In this document: piece after piece, positions 34,411 to 50,810 of the stretch
Layout of the letters: each line of letters begins with the position of its first letter
How positions within the stretch are numbered: position 1 is the first letter of the stretch
From: the human T2T-CHM13v2.0 reference genome, Homo sapiens
NCBI RefSeq assembly: GCF_009914755.1
Contig: NC_060947.1
DNA length: 64,000 nucleotides
Direction: 5' to 3' (one strand)
Translations under genes and position numbers: made by a program
Notes under the pieces: model-generated
What the model was told of the DNA's origin: nothing
Databases searched by the model: none
Seen by the model: the letters and a program-made list of their open reading frames with translations, nothing else

Positions 34411-36618
34411 TTTTTTTTTTTTTTAACATGGTGGATTAGAGGCATTGCTAGCATATCTCTCCCTCTTGGAAGGACAAAATAGTGTGCAGAGGTTCACACT
34501 GTGAACTATTTTTCATGAAGCAATGCAGGAACTGAACAGGAAAATGGAAGGAATCCACAGACCCTTTGAAGGAAGTGGCAGGTTGCAGCCTACACCACGA
34601 GTCAAGTGTGGGTCCTCAGTGTGTGAGAGGGGAAGAAACTGCCTCTGGGATACACACCCCTCCCAGGGAGCCTGAAAATCCAGGCCGCAGTGGGAAGCCT
34701 TAACCCTACTCAGTGCAGGAACCAAATTGGAGAAGGTCATGGAATATAAAAGTAGGAGCAGCAGCAGGAAGACCCTGGCGTGCACTCCCAATCTCCAGAG
34801 CAGACTGAAAGAAGCCAGTCTTTATTGTTTCTCACAGGGGACCCTGCAAAGGTCAGCCAAATAGTTCAGGCAGTGGTTGTAGGCTGAAAGAAGCCCCTGA
34901 CCGTGTTTCATGGTATATCCTTGGATGGAGACAAACTCCTTTGGCCAGCGCCAGGATGGGGGTAAGTGAAAAGTGAGCTGCAGCCAGAAGTGCAGGAATG
35001 AGGTGCCTGGCTTTGTGAGCAGACAGGGAGGGGCATGGCCTAAAAGCCATGGTTGTTATCCCCATGGGGAAAGCTTACAACCTGGGGCAGTTGTTAGTTC
35101 TGAGTGCAGGCTTCCTGGAACTTAGCTCACTGCTACCAGTGGAACACTGCAGGGGTGGATCTGCCTCACCAAGTGCGTGGGATCTGTGTGGGGCTTACTG
35201 CCACCTGCTACTCCCCACTTCCTGCATGAGCCCTTCTATGCGGCAGAGGCAACAACAATCCCCTCTGTAAAAACCAGGGGCTTGAGAATCACCCCCATTC
35301 CCTGACACCGACAGAGGTGCCTCCTTGCCCTGAACACGGTGAGTCAGAGAAAAGATCTGACTGACCAAGCTCCCACCTGCCCTTGCCCCACCACCTGCCC
35401 TGGTGGCTTAACACAAAGGACAGAAACATAGTCCAATAAGTGCTATATGAAAATTAATAAATACTATATGGTCCCGCCCATTGCCTGAGAAACCAGAGCA
35501 CACCCTTTGGGCAACATAAGGCAAGCAGAAACCCCCACGGTTACTACCAGAGCTGATACTCCTTTGAAAGTGCCACTTTCTTGCTGGAGGCCAAGAAACA
35601 CAGTCCATTAAGCATCTCCTGGTAGAATAACACTGCACCTAAGAAGAAGAAAATGGCTGCACAACCTCAACTATCACCACTGCCTGCACCACTATGCCTA
35701 AGCAGAAGGTCCTGAGTTTGTCCACATGACCAGTTCATTACTACTGTAAATGGCATTTGAGAAAGCCAACACACTAAGGGTATCGTTAACTAAAAAATCT
35801 CACATAGTCTACATCAGTCACCTGCCACTCCCATTAGAGCTGGTGCTGCTACCCACCGCTGGGAAACTTGAGGACAGATCACATCACCGAACCCCTCGCA
35901 CACATGGCCCAGTAGCAGGCTGAAGTGTGGCAACTTCACTGGGTGGCTAGACCCAGAAGAGCAACAACACTCACAATAGTCTGGCTTTCAGTGACTCCCA
36001 CTCCTACGGGAAGGGAAGGGAGAGTGCACCACATCAAGGGAACACCCCATGAGACAAAAGAATCTGGAGAGCAGGCCTTGAGTGGCAGGTCCTTCCACTG
36101 GTGGGAAGTTTCTTTCAGCAGAGGCGCAGTTTTAGTGCTGGGCTCAGAGAGGAAAGTCTGCAGCTACAACCCAACAGTCAAACAGCCCTGGTGCATATGA
36201 AGGTCTTGAAGAAGAGGACATGACATTCAGGGTGACTCCATTCCTGAAGAAGGAACACTTTACAGGTTCAGGCTTGCATGACAGACAGAGCCACAATTCC
36301 TCTCTACTTGAAATATCAACATTCCTGCATATGAAAAAAAATGGTGCCTCTCTAATTTGAATAACTTGAGCACTGGGACAGGAGAGTGACTGAGAGGTGG
36401 ATAGCTTTTCTGCTGTCCTGGCAGGAGACTCAGGTGGCTCCAACTCCTCCCCATGTTAAGACCTCAGTGGAACTCTCTGAGAGCTTCTCTAGCCACTTCT
36501 GTCAAGGCTGAGACAACTGCCCAACATTGGGTGTTGCAAAATTACCCAACTGCTTTAGCCACAACCGGTTTCTACACAGGGACACTTTCCCTACTGTCCT
36601 GAAGCCTGAAACATCACA
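34411..36618 (+). mobile_element. L1 5'UTR-type segment
   Basis: Starts after a T-run with AACATGGTGGATTAGAGGC (L1 5' motif variant); GC-richer L1P/M 5'UTR character. Confidence 0.55.
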
Positions 36619-37072
36619 CAATTCGCAAGTGCAAAAATATTGAACCAGCCCAAATGCCCATCAATAAATGAGTGGATAAAGAAAATATTACATATCTATA
36701 TATGCGTATGCCATGGAATACTACTCAGCCATAAAAAGGAATGAAATAATTTCATTCACAGCAACCTGGATGGATTTGGAGATCATTATTCTAAGTGAAG
36801 TAACTCTGTGATGAAAAACTAAACATCTTATGTTCTCACTCATAAGTTGGAGCTAAGCTATGAGGACTCAAAGGCATAAACGTAATACTGTGAACTTTTG
36901 GGACTTGGGGAAAAGGGTGGGAGGGGGTGAATGATAAAAGACTACCCACTGGATACAGTGTACTCTGCTTAGGTGATGGTTGCACCAAAATCTCAGAAAT
37001 CATCACTAAAGAGCTTATAGATGTACCCAAACACCACCTATTCCCCCAAAACCTATTGAAATAAAGAAAAAG
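36619..37072 (+). mobile_element. L1PB-type 3' end
   Basis: CACAATTCGCAA..GCAAAAATA..GAACCAGCCC and terminal CCCAAAACCTATTGAAATAAA. Confidence 0.8.
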
Positions 37073-38712
37073 ATTCTTTCTCGTATAAAATTATTTTCTT
37101 TTAACCTTTCTTTTCAAAAATACCTTTTTGTATTTATTAATATACATATATAAATATATATATTCTTTACATTGCTCTTATTTACTGATTACCTTTACCT
37201 TGTTTTATAAATACCTTTTAAAATGACCTTTAGACAACATTTATTTTCTTTTAAATAAGAACACATTTATTTTTTTAATGTTTTTCTATAATATAACTTG
37301 TAAAATGGAAAGTAACCCAGACATTTAATAAACATGTATTATTTAAGTTAATATAACTTTAGATTTTAAATCATATGGCAAGATTATTTACAAGCATTTA
37401 TTCCATTAAATTTACCCAGTTGATTAATTTTTTAATAGTTTACCTAGATTACTTATGAAAACTCTGATAGTTATTATTTTAAGTTATTTTTTTGTTTACA
37501 CATTTTATAACTTGTGAATTTCAGGTTTTTCCAAGTATAAACCTTGAGGTTACATTAATAGGGTTGTTTTTTTGCCAATCACTCAGGATTTAGCTGTTTT
37601 CATTAAACAAAAAATATTAAATGCCTTATTTATCAAATTCTATATAAGCAACGATAATTCTTTTTTGAACTGCATTTACAGCTGTATAACCCTCATGACA
37701 TATTTTGACATCAAGCAGAGATAAACATAAAACCACTTGAAAAGTAAATTTAAACGATTATGTATGTTGGCAATTCTAAAGCCATTTCTAATTCTATTTC
37801 ACCAACATTGTACAAACCAGCTTATTTGTTAGAGATTTACTTAACTCACATGAACTTGAAAAAACATTTGTCTTAAAGTCTCTGTTTATCTGATAAAGCA
37901 TTTGATTTTAGTGCTTTTTAAAGCCAATCAATCAGAGTTCTTTTAGTATTCTTAGTAGTGAAACATCATATACATGACACATAAATACACAGAAGTATTA
38001 GACACATTGATAGAAGTAGATCTTATAAATTCATAAGACCTCTTTTTTTTCTCTTCCTTTAGACTTCCAATTTCTTGATAACCGATTTCATTACCCTAGG
38101 CAATTGTCAGCTAGATAGTCCTAAATTTGCGTATTAGAGGAACAACTCTTAGGAGAAAAACCAGATAGCAAAATGACGTACAACTCAAAGTACAGAGAGA
38201 AAGAGTTTGGTGGTACTAGAGAGAGATTAAAAATGAATGGCAAATCAAACACAAATTCATAGAAATCTATGATAAAATTGTATGAGAAGATCAATTTTAT
38301 TCAGATACATCGTGTAAATTTGTTCTGTACCTTTTAACTGGATCTCTGATCATGAATCCTGGGTCTTCAAAAAGAGAAAATTATTATGAGGTTATACCAC
38401 GTGACACTTTCACAGTGCACCTTTTCTTAAACAAAGACATTTCTGTAAGTGTCTAAACTGCATGCTTCCGTAATTTAAACCTCAAAATAGCCTCTGTTGT
38501 AGTAACTATTTTAGTCAAAGGTTAAAAAAAGTCAGGTAACAAAATACAAAATACAAAAGCAAGCAGTTTAAGATCTGACACAAACTTGTGTGTTTGCACT
38601 CTTGGAGTTTCATAAGGAAAAATAGAATTTTTTTTTTTTTTTTTTTTTTTTTTCCAAAAGGGAGTCTGGCACCTCCTCTGTTTTACTTAAGGATTCCCAG
38701 GGTGTTAGAAAC

Positions 38713-39347
38713 TGTCAGAGGCTTTTGAACCAAAGGGACTCCAACTTGAGTAGGGGCTGAGTAAAATAAGTCTGAGACCTACTGGGCTGCATTGTCAGGA
38801 GATTAAGGCATTCTTAGTCACAGAATGAAATAGGAGGTCAGTACAAGATACGGGTCATAAAGACCCTGCTGATAAAACAGCATGCAATAAAGAAGCTGGC
38901 CAAAACCCGCCCAAACCAAGATGGTGATAAAAGTGACCTCTGGTCATCCTCACTGTTCATTATATGCAAATTATAATGCATTAGCATGCTAAAAGACACT
39001 CCCACCAGCACCATGGCAGTTTACAAATGCCATGGCAACATCAGGAAATTACCCTATATAGTCTAATAAGGGAAGGAACCCTCAGTTCCAGGAATTGCCC
39101 ACCCCTTTCCTGGAAAACTCATGAATAATCCACCCCTTGTTTAGCATATAATCAAGAAATAACTAGAAGTATCCTTAGTGAAGCAGCCCAAGCCACTGCT
39201 CTGCCTTGGAGTAGTCACTCATTTACTCCTTTACTTTCTTAATAAACTTGGTTTCACTTTACTCTATGGATTCACCTCAAATTCTTTCTTGGGTGAGACC
39301 CAAGAACTGTCTCTTGGAGTCTGGATCAAGGCACCTTTTCAGTAACA
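38713..39347 (+). mobile_element. MER41 5' LTR
   Basis: TGTCAGAGGC.TTTGAACCA...GGTAACA-type ends matching the recalled MER41A/B consensus; preceded by TSD AAAC (38709-38712). Confidence 0.88.
39086..39115 (+). promoter_or_regulatory. Tandem GAS (STAT-binding) motifs in the MER41 LTR
   Basis: TTCCAGGAA at 39086-39094 and TTCCTGGAA at 39107-39115 fit TTCN3GAA. MER41 is a known source of IFN-gamma/STAT1 enhancers. Confidence 0.6.
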
Positions 39348-44577
<5,230 letters not shown>

Positions 44578-45269
44578 TTTCAGAGGTGTTTGAAACAGAG
44601 TGACTCCATCTTGATTAGGGGCTGGGTAAAATAAGGCTTAGACCTATGGGGCTGCATTCCCAGGAGGTTAAGTCATTCTCAGTCACAGGATGAGATAGGA
44701 AGTTGGCACAAGATACAGGTCATAAAGACCTTGCTGATAAAGGTTGCAGTAAAGGAGCTGGCCAACAGGTTGCAGTAAAACATATTTGTGGTAAAGAAAC
44801 CAGCCAAAACACACCAAAACCATTATGGCAATAAAAGTGACCTCTGGTTGTCTTCATTGCTCATTACACGCTAATTATAATGCACTAGCATAAGAAAACA
44901 CACTCCTGCCAGCACCAGGACAGTTTACAAATGCCATGACAATGTTAAGAACTTAACCTCGATGGTTTAAAAATGGGAGGAACCCTCAGTTCCGGGAATT
45001 GCTCTTTCCTGAAAACTCATCCCGACCCTTTCCTGAAGAACTCATCAATAACCCAGTCCTTGTTTAGCATATAATCAAGTAATAACTAGAAGTATCCTTA
45101 GTGAAACAATCTAAGCTGCTGCTCTGTCTATGGAGTCAACAATTTTTAATTTCTTTACTTTCTTAATAAATTTTCTTTCACTTTACTCTGGACTTGTCTC
45201 AAATTCTTTCTTGGGTGAGATCCAAGAATGCTCTCTTGAGGTCTGAATCAGGACCGCTTTCAGGTAACA
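44578..45269 (+). mobile_element. MER41 3' LTR (in the palindrome spacer)
   Basis: Homologous to 38713-39347; ends GGTAACA followed by TSD AAAC (45270-45273); GAS motif TTCCGGGAA at 44990-44998. Confidence 0.88.
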
Positions 45270-45448
45270 AAACTATTTTAGGTCTCTCATGCAGCAGAGG
45301 TTGACAAAAGAAAAGAGAGACAGCAGAAGTAAAAGAAGAAAACAGAATTTTGTCAATTGAGAAGAAAAAAATATATTTCTCAAAAAAAAAAAAAAGAAAA
45401 CAAGAACCTAGGAGATGAAGGAAAAAATGTAAAAGCCTTTTAAATACG

Positions 45449-45474
45449 CACACACACACACACACACACACACA
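45449..45474. repeat. (CA)n microsatellite
   Basis: Directly visible. Confidence 0.9.
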
Positions 45475-47525
45475 TATCACATATCTTGGATATCAGCTTT
45501 TAATTAAGCTGACTTTTAATCATTAAGCTCCTTTAAAAAATCAATTTAAATAACATTACCATATTTTTGTTAGAAAAAATTGCCAACGTTTTAAAAGTAA
45601 CACAATTATCTAACCAGAAAGGGGCTTGATTTAGTAATCAAACCCAGTCTGTCGGGGTGAAAAAAAAAATGGCAGAACTTTAGTTACTAAATGGCAGCAT
45701 GGGGTGATGGCCACTGCTCTTTCAGTTTGACTTCGCTAGAAGAAAAAGTGGCGTTATCATGTAATAAGGTCCCTCAGGTAGTCAAAATAAAAATATATAT
45801 ATACATTTATTGGCTGGCCATTATTTTTGTTTTTCTGCTGTGGGAATTTAGAAAATTTATAGTCCTTGTTCCCCATAATTTGGAAATTTCCTTCGGATTT
45901 GATCAAGTCATATAGAGTTGGTCAAACTCAGTGGGGAATAAACCAAAACAATAATAAAAGCAGAACCAAACAAACAAATTAAGCAAAACAAACAATCACA
46001 CAATTTATATGGTTACTGAATGATAGAAATTAAGACCAGCTCGTTGTCAATCTCAACTTTAGCCAAGCCAAAACCTCAATTCTGCTATTTACGTAGGCAT
46101 GAGTCTCAGGCTGAAGATTGCTCTCTGCCATCCTAAAAGCAGGAAAAACTCAAACTCACTTTCCCTGTTGGAAGCTAGCTGAAACTCCATAAAGAAGTTA
46201 TGTGCTTTCAATTGTCATGGAAGCAGGAAAACTTGCCTTTCTTTTTGGAAAAAGGTAAAACTCCAAAAAAGGAGTGGTACAGCAAAATAAACTTTAGACC
46301 TCAACCAAATTTTGTGAGATCAGGGATTCTCTGGAAGGGGGAGCTCCCAGGTCATAGCAAATTGTTCTGTTGGTTTGAGCCATAAAGATAGCTCAGGCTC
46401 TTACCAAGCACTGACAGAAGATGTTTCAAAGATTGGGCACACCTCCACTCAGAATACCTTTGTGTTTGCTAAATTGTGAATCCAAAATATCTGGGAAAGA
46501 TCTCAACCAACGAATTTAGAAAGTTTATTTTGCCAAGATTAAGGATGCACCATGACACAGCCTCAGGATGGTCTGGTGACATGTGCTCAAGGTGGTCAGC
46601 ACACAGCTTGGTTTCATACATTTTAGAGAGATGCAAGACATCAATCAATATGTGTAATATGTATTTTGGTTCAGTCCAAAAAGGAGGGATAGCTCGAGGT
46701 GGGGGAGGGGACTTCCAGGTCATAGATAAGAAACAAATGGTTGCATTTCTTTGAGTCTCTGATTAGCCTTTTATTGAATACACAATTTATATGTGAGAGA
46801 AGGGTAGAGGAATGGTCACTTATGCTATAGCCTGGCTTAGTAAAACAATAGGGGAGAGGAAGCAATCAGGCATGCATTTATGTCACGTGAGCCTCAGAGG
46901 GATGACTTTGAGTTCTGCCTGTCCTTTCTCCACAAGAAAATTTCTTGTGGACAAAGGACAAATTGTGACGGAGGTATATAGCTTTTTATTTTTTATTTTT
47001 TTTATTTATTTTTTCAATTTATTTTTTTATTGATAATTCTTGGGTGTTTCTCACAGAGGGGGATTTGGCAGGGTCATGGGACAATAGTGGAGGGAAGGTC
47101 AGCAGATAAACAAGTGAACAAAGGTCTCTGGTTTTCCTAGGCAGAGGACCCTGCGGCCTTCCGCAGTGTTTGTGTCCCTGATTACTTGAGATTAGGGATT
47201 GGTGATGACTCTTAACGAGCATGCTGCCTTCAAGCATCTGTTTAACAAAGCACATCTTGCACCGCCCTTAATCCATTTAACCCTGAGTGGACACAGCACA
47301 TGTTTCAGAGAGCACAGGGTTGGGGGTAAGGTCACAGATCAACAGGATCCCAAGGCAGAGGAATTTTTCTTAGTGCAGAACAAAATGAAAAGTCTCCCAT
47401 GTCTACTTCTTTCTACACAGACACGGCAACCATCCGATTTCTCAATCTTTTCCCCACCTTTCCCGCCTTTCTATTCCACAAAGCCGCCATTGTCATCCTG
47501 GCCCGTTCTCAATGAGCTGTTGGGC

Positions 47526-49100
47526 TCACCTCCCAGACGGGGTGGTGGCCGGGCAGAGGGGCTCCTCACTTCCCAGTAGGGGCGGCCGGGCAGAGGTGCC
47601 CCTCACCTCCCGGACGGGGCGGCTGGCCGGGCAGGGGGGCTGACCCCCCCCACCTCCCTCCCGGACGGGGCGGCTGGCCGGGCGGGGGACTGACACCCCC
47701 ACCTCCCTCCCGGATGGGGCGGCTGGCCGGGCAGAGGGGCTCCTCACTTCCCAGTAGGGGCGGCCGGGCAGAGGCGCCCCTCACCTCCCGGACGGGGCGG
47801 CTGGCCGGGCGGGGGGGCTGACCCCCCCCACCTCCCTCCCGGACGGGGCGGCTGGCCGGGCAGGGGGGCTGACCCCCCCACCTCCCTCCCGGACGGGGGG
47901 GCTGGCCGGGCGGGGGGCTGACACCCCCACCTCCCTCCCGGACGGGGCGGCTGGCCGGGCAGAGGGGCTCCTCACTTCCCAGTAGGGGCAGCCGGGCAGA
48001 GGCGCCCCTCACCTCCCGGACGGGGCGGCTGGCCGGGGGGGGGGCTGACCCCCCCCACCTCCCTCCCGGACGGGGCGGCTGGCCGGGCAGGGGGGCTGAC
48101 CCCCCCACCTCCCTCCCGGACGGGGGGGCTGGCCGGGCGGGGGGCTGACACCCCCACCTCCCTCCCGGACGGGGCGGCTGGCCGGGCAGAGGGGCTCCTC
48201 ACTTCCCAGTAGGGGCGGCCGGGCAGAGGCGCCCCTCACCTCCTGGACGGGGCGGCTGGCCGGGCGGGGGGGCTGACCCCACCCCACCTCCCTCCCGGAC
48301 GGGGCGGCTGGCCGGGTGGGGGGGCTGACCCCCCCACCTCCCTCCCGGACGGGGCGGCTGGCCGGGCAGAGGGGCTCCTCACTTCCCAGTAGGGGCGGCC
48401 GGGCAGAGGCGCCCCTCACCTCCCGGACGGGGCGGCTGGCCGGGGGGGGGGGCTGACCCCCCCCACCTCCCTCCCGGACGGGGCAGCTGGCCGGGCAGGG
48501 GGGCTGACCCCCCCCACCTCCCTCCCGGACGGGGGGGCTGGCCGGGCGGGGGGCTGACACCCCCACCTCCCTCCAGGACGGGGCGGCTGGCCGGGCAGAG
48601 GGGCTCCTCACTTCCCAGTAGGGGCGGCCGGGCAGAGGCGCCCCTCACCTCCCGGACGGGGTGGCTGGCCGGGCGGGGGGGCTGACCCCACCCCACCTCC
48701 CTCCCGGACGGGGCGGCTGGCCGGGCGGGGGGGCTGACCCCCCCACCTCCCTCCCGGACGGGGCGGCTGGCTGGGTGGGGGGGCTGACCCCCCCATCTCC
48801 CTCCCGGACGGGGTGGCTGGCCGGGCTGAGGGGCTCCTCACTTCCCAGTAGGGGCGGCCGGGCAGAGGCGCCCCTCACCTCCTGGACGGGGCGGCTGGCC
48901 GGGCGGGGGGCTGTCCCCCCCACCTCCCTCCCGGACGGCACGGCTGGCCAGGCGGGGGGCTGACCCCCCCACCTCCCTCCCGGACGGCACGGCTGGCCAG
49001 GCGGGGGGCTGACCCCCCCACCTCCCTCCCGGATGGGGCGGCTGGCCGGGCGGGGGCTGACCACCCCCACCTCCCTCCCGGACGGGGTGGCTGCCGGGCG
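47526..49100. repeat. SVA VNTR (~35-50-bp GC-rich units)
   Basis: Repeated CCTCCCGGACGGGGCGGCTGGCCGGGC units. Confidence 0.96.
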
Positions 49101-49570
49101 GAGACGCTCCTCACTTCCCAGATGGGGTGGCTGCCGGGCAGAGGGGCTCCTCACTTCTCAGACGGGGTGGTTGCCAGGCAGAGGGTCTCCTCACTTCTCA
49201 GACGGGGCGGCCGGGCAGAGACGCTCCTCACCTCCCAGACGGGGTCTCGGCCGGGCAGAGACGCTCCTCACATCCCAGATGGGGCGGCGGGGCAGAGGCG
49301 CTCCCCACATCTCAGACGATGGGCGGCCGGGCAGAGACGCTCCTCACTTCCTAGATGTGATGGCGGCTGGGAAGAGGCGCTCCTCACTTCCTAGATGGGA
49401 TGGCGGCCGGGCGGAGACGCTCCTCACTTTCCAGACTGGGCAGCCAGGCAGAGGGGCTCCTCACATTCCAGACGATGGGCGGCCAGGCAGAGACACTCCT
49501 CACTTCCCAGACGGGGTGGCGGCCGGGCAGAGGCTGCAATCTCGGCACTTTGGGAGGCCAAGGCAGGCGG

Positions 49571-49718
49571 CTGCTCCTTGCCCTCGGGCCCCGCGGGGCC
49601 CGTCCGCTCCTCCAGCCGCTGCCTCCCGGGCGGCGCTCGCCGGCGCGGCGGCAAAGACTGAGACAGCTCCGCTGCCCGCTGAACTCCATCCTCCCGGCGG
49701 TCGGGCGGCGGCGGCTGC
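49571..49718 (-). pseudogene. MAST2: MAST2 exon-1 fragment captured by the SVA (5'-truncated)
   Basis: Translates as QPPPPDRREDGVQRAAELSQSLPPRRRAPPGRQRLEERTGPAGPEGKEQ, the recalled MAST2 N-terminus, joined as ...GAGCAG|CCGCCTGCCTTGGCC to the SVA Alu-like region. This is the defining SVA_F1 junction. Confidence 0.92.
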
Positions 49719-50810
49719 CGCCAAAATTTGAAATTGAATCTAATCAAGCCTCCAGATCTACCATTATCTTTCTATACAGGGGACAGAAGAATCCTGACTC
49801 TTAAAAAGAAATCAAATTCAAGAGAAGGAAAAGACAAGCCACACACTAGGAGAAAATATTTGCAAAAGATGTATCTGGCAAAGACTGTTATCTAAAACAT
49901 AAAAAGATCTGTTAAAACTCAATAAGAAGAAAACAAACACCTCATTTAAAAATAGGCCGAAGACCTTAACACACACCTCATCAATGGAGGTTTACAGATG
50001 ACAAATCTAGCTTTTTAAAATCTCTGTAGCTATCTTATTTAGGAATAAAATGGGAGGCAGGTTTGCCTGACATAGTTACCAGCTTGATATTTTTATTGGC
50101 TTAGTGATTTGGGGGTCCTGAAGTTTATTTTTCTTTCACAAAAGGAACCCCCATCCAGGAGTTTACAACTTTGGGAGAGGGGTTAATTAATGCATGGGTA
50201 ATTACCCACTTGATCATTAAAATTGGCCTAATTTTGCTAAAAAGTGCCTCTTTCCTGGTAGTGCCCCTAGGGACTACCTTATTTTCCCATTATTAAAGTG
50301 GACCTCTTCAGCCAACAAGTAACTTATGGAACAAGCCTTAGGCTTTTATGCTATTGGTTGGTGCTTCCCAGTGGTAACTAGTTAACCTTTCTCTAACAGT
50401 ATGTGTGGTAAATATGCCACATACTAACTAATGCAAGACACTGAAGGATTATGACCTGTCACAACATGCAGTTGAAAAAGAGATATTCTACCATCTCAAA
50501 TTTCAATTTCCCAGTATGACATATGCTTAAAGCCACTTTTAATAACTGGAGGCTAACTATAGTTTACAGAGTGTTAAAAAAGACTACTTCCTTTATTAGA
50601 ACCCCTCTGCCAAATATCATCACCTTAATGGTTGATATTAACAATAACATGAATTAGTTATTTAAAGTTATAGGTTTGGCTAACACAGAACAATGTTCTT
50701 TTGTAAAAGTTTCACAGGAGTGAGAGGCATCCTATCTGCTGCTCACATACTTTGCTCAACTAAAGCACTGGACAACAAACTGAGACATACTTCCAATGCC
50801 GAGGTGGAAC

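Larger units (their letters stand above)
46989..50007 (-). mobile_element. SVA_F1 (MAST2-SVA) retrotransposon insertion
   Basis: Poly(A) at 46989-47030, SINE-R ~47031-47525, GC-rich VNTR ~47526-49100+, truncated Alu-like region to 49570, MAST2 exon-1 piece, no CCCTCT hexamer. TSD TAGCTTTTTA at 46979-46988 and 50008-50017 with an L1-endonuclease TT/AAAA site. Confidence 0.95.
46475..50140 (-). mobile_element. MER4-type LTR (5' LTR of the antisense provirus), split by the SVA insertion into 46475-46988 and 50008-50140
   Basis: Minus strand starts TGTGAAAGAAAAATAAACTTCAGGACCCCCAAATCACTAAGC; the other half matches the recalled MER4A body; the halves join at the SVA TSD. Confidence 0.8.

Noticed and set aside
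47526-49731. Many overlapping Pro/Gly/Arg-rich ORFs
   Set aside because: They are stop-poor translations of the GC-rich SVA VNTR.
49424-49747. 107-aa MAST2-SVA chimeric ORF as a real gene
   Set aside because: It starts at TTG with no in-frame ATG, the MAST2 start codon region is truncated away, and it is a by-product of SVA_F1 structure.
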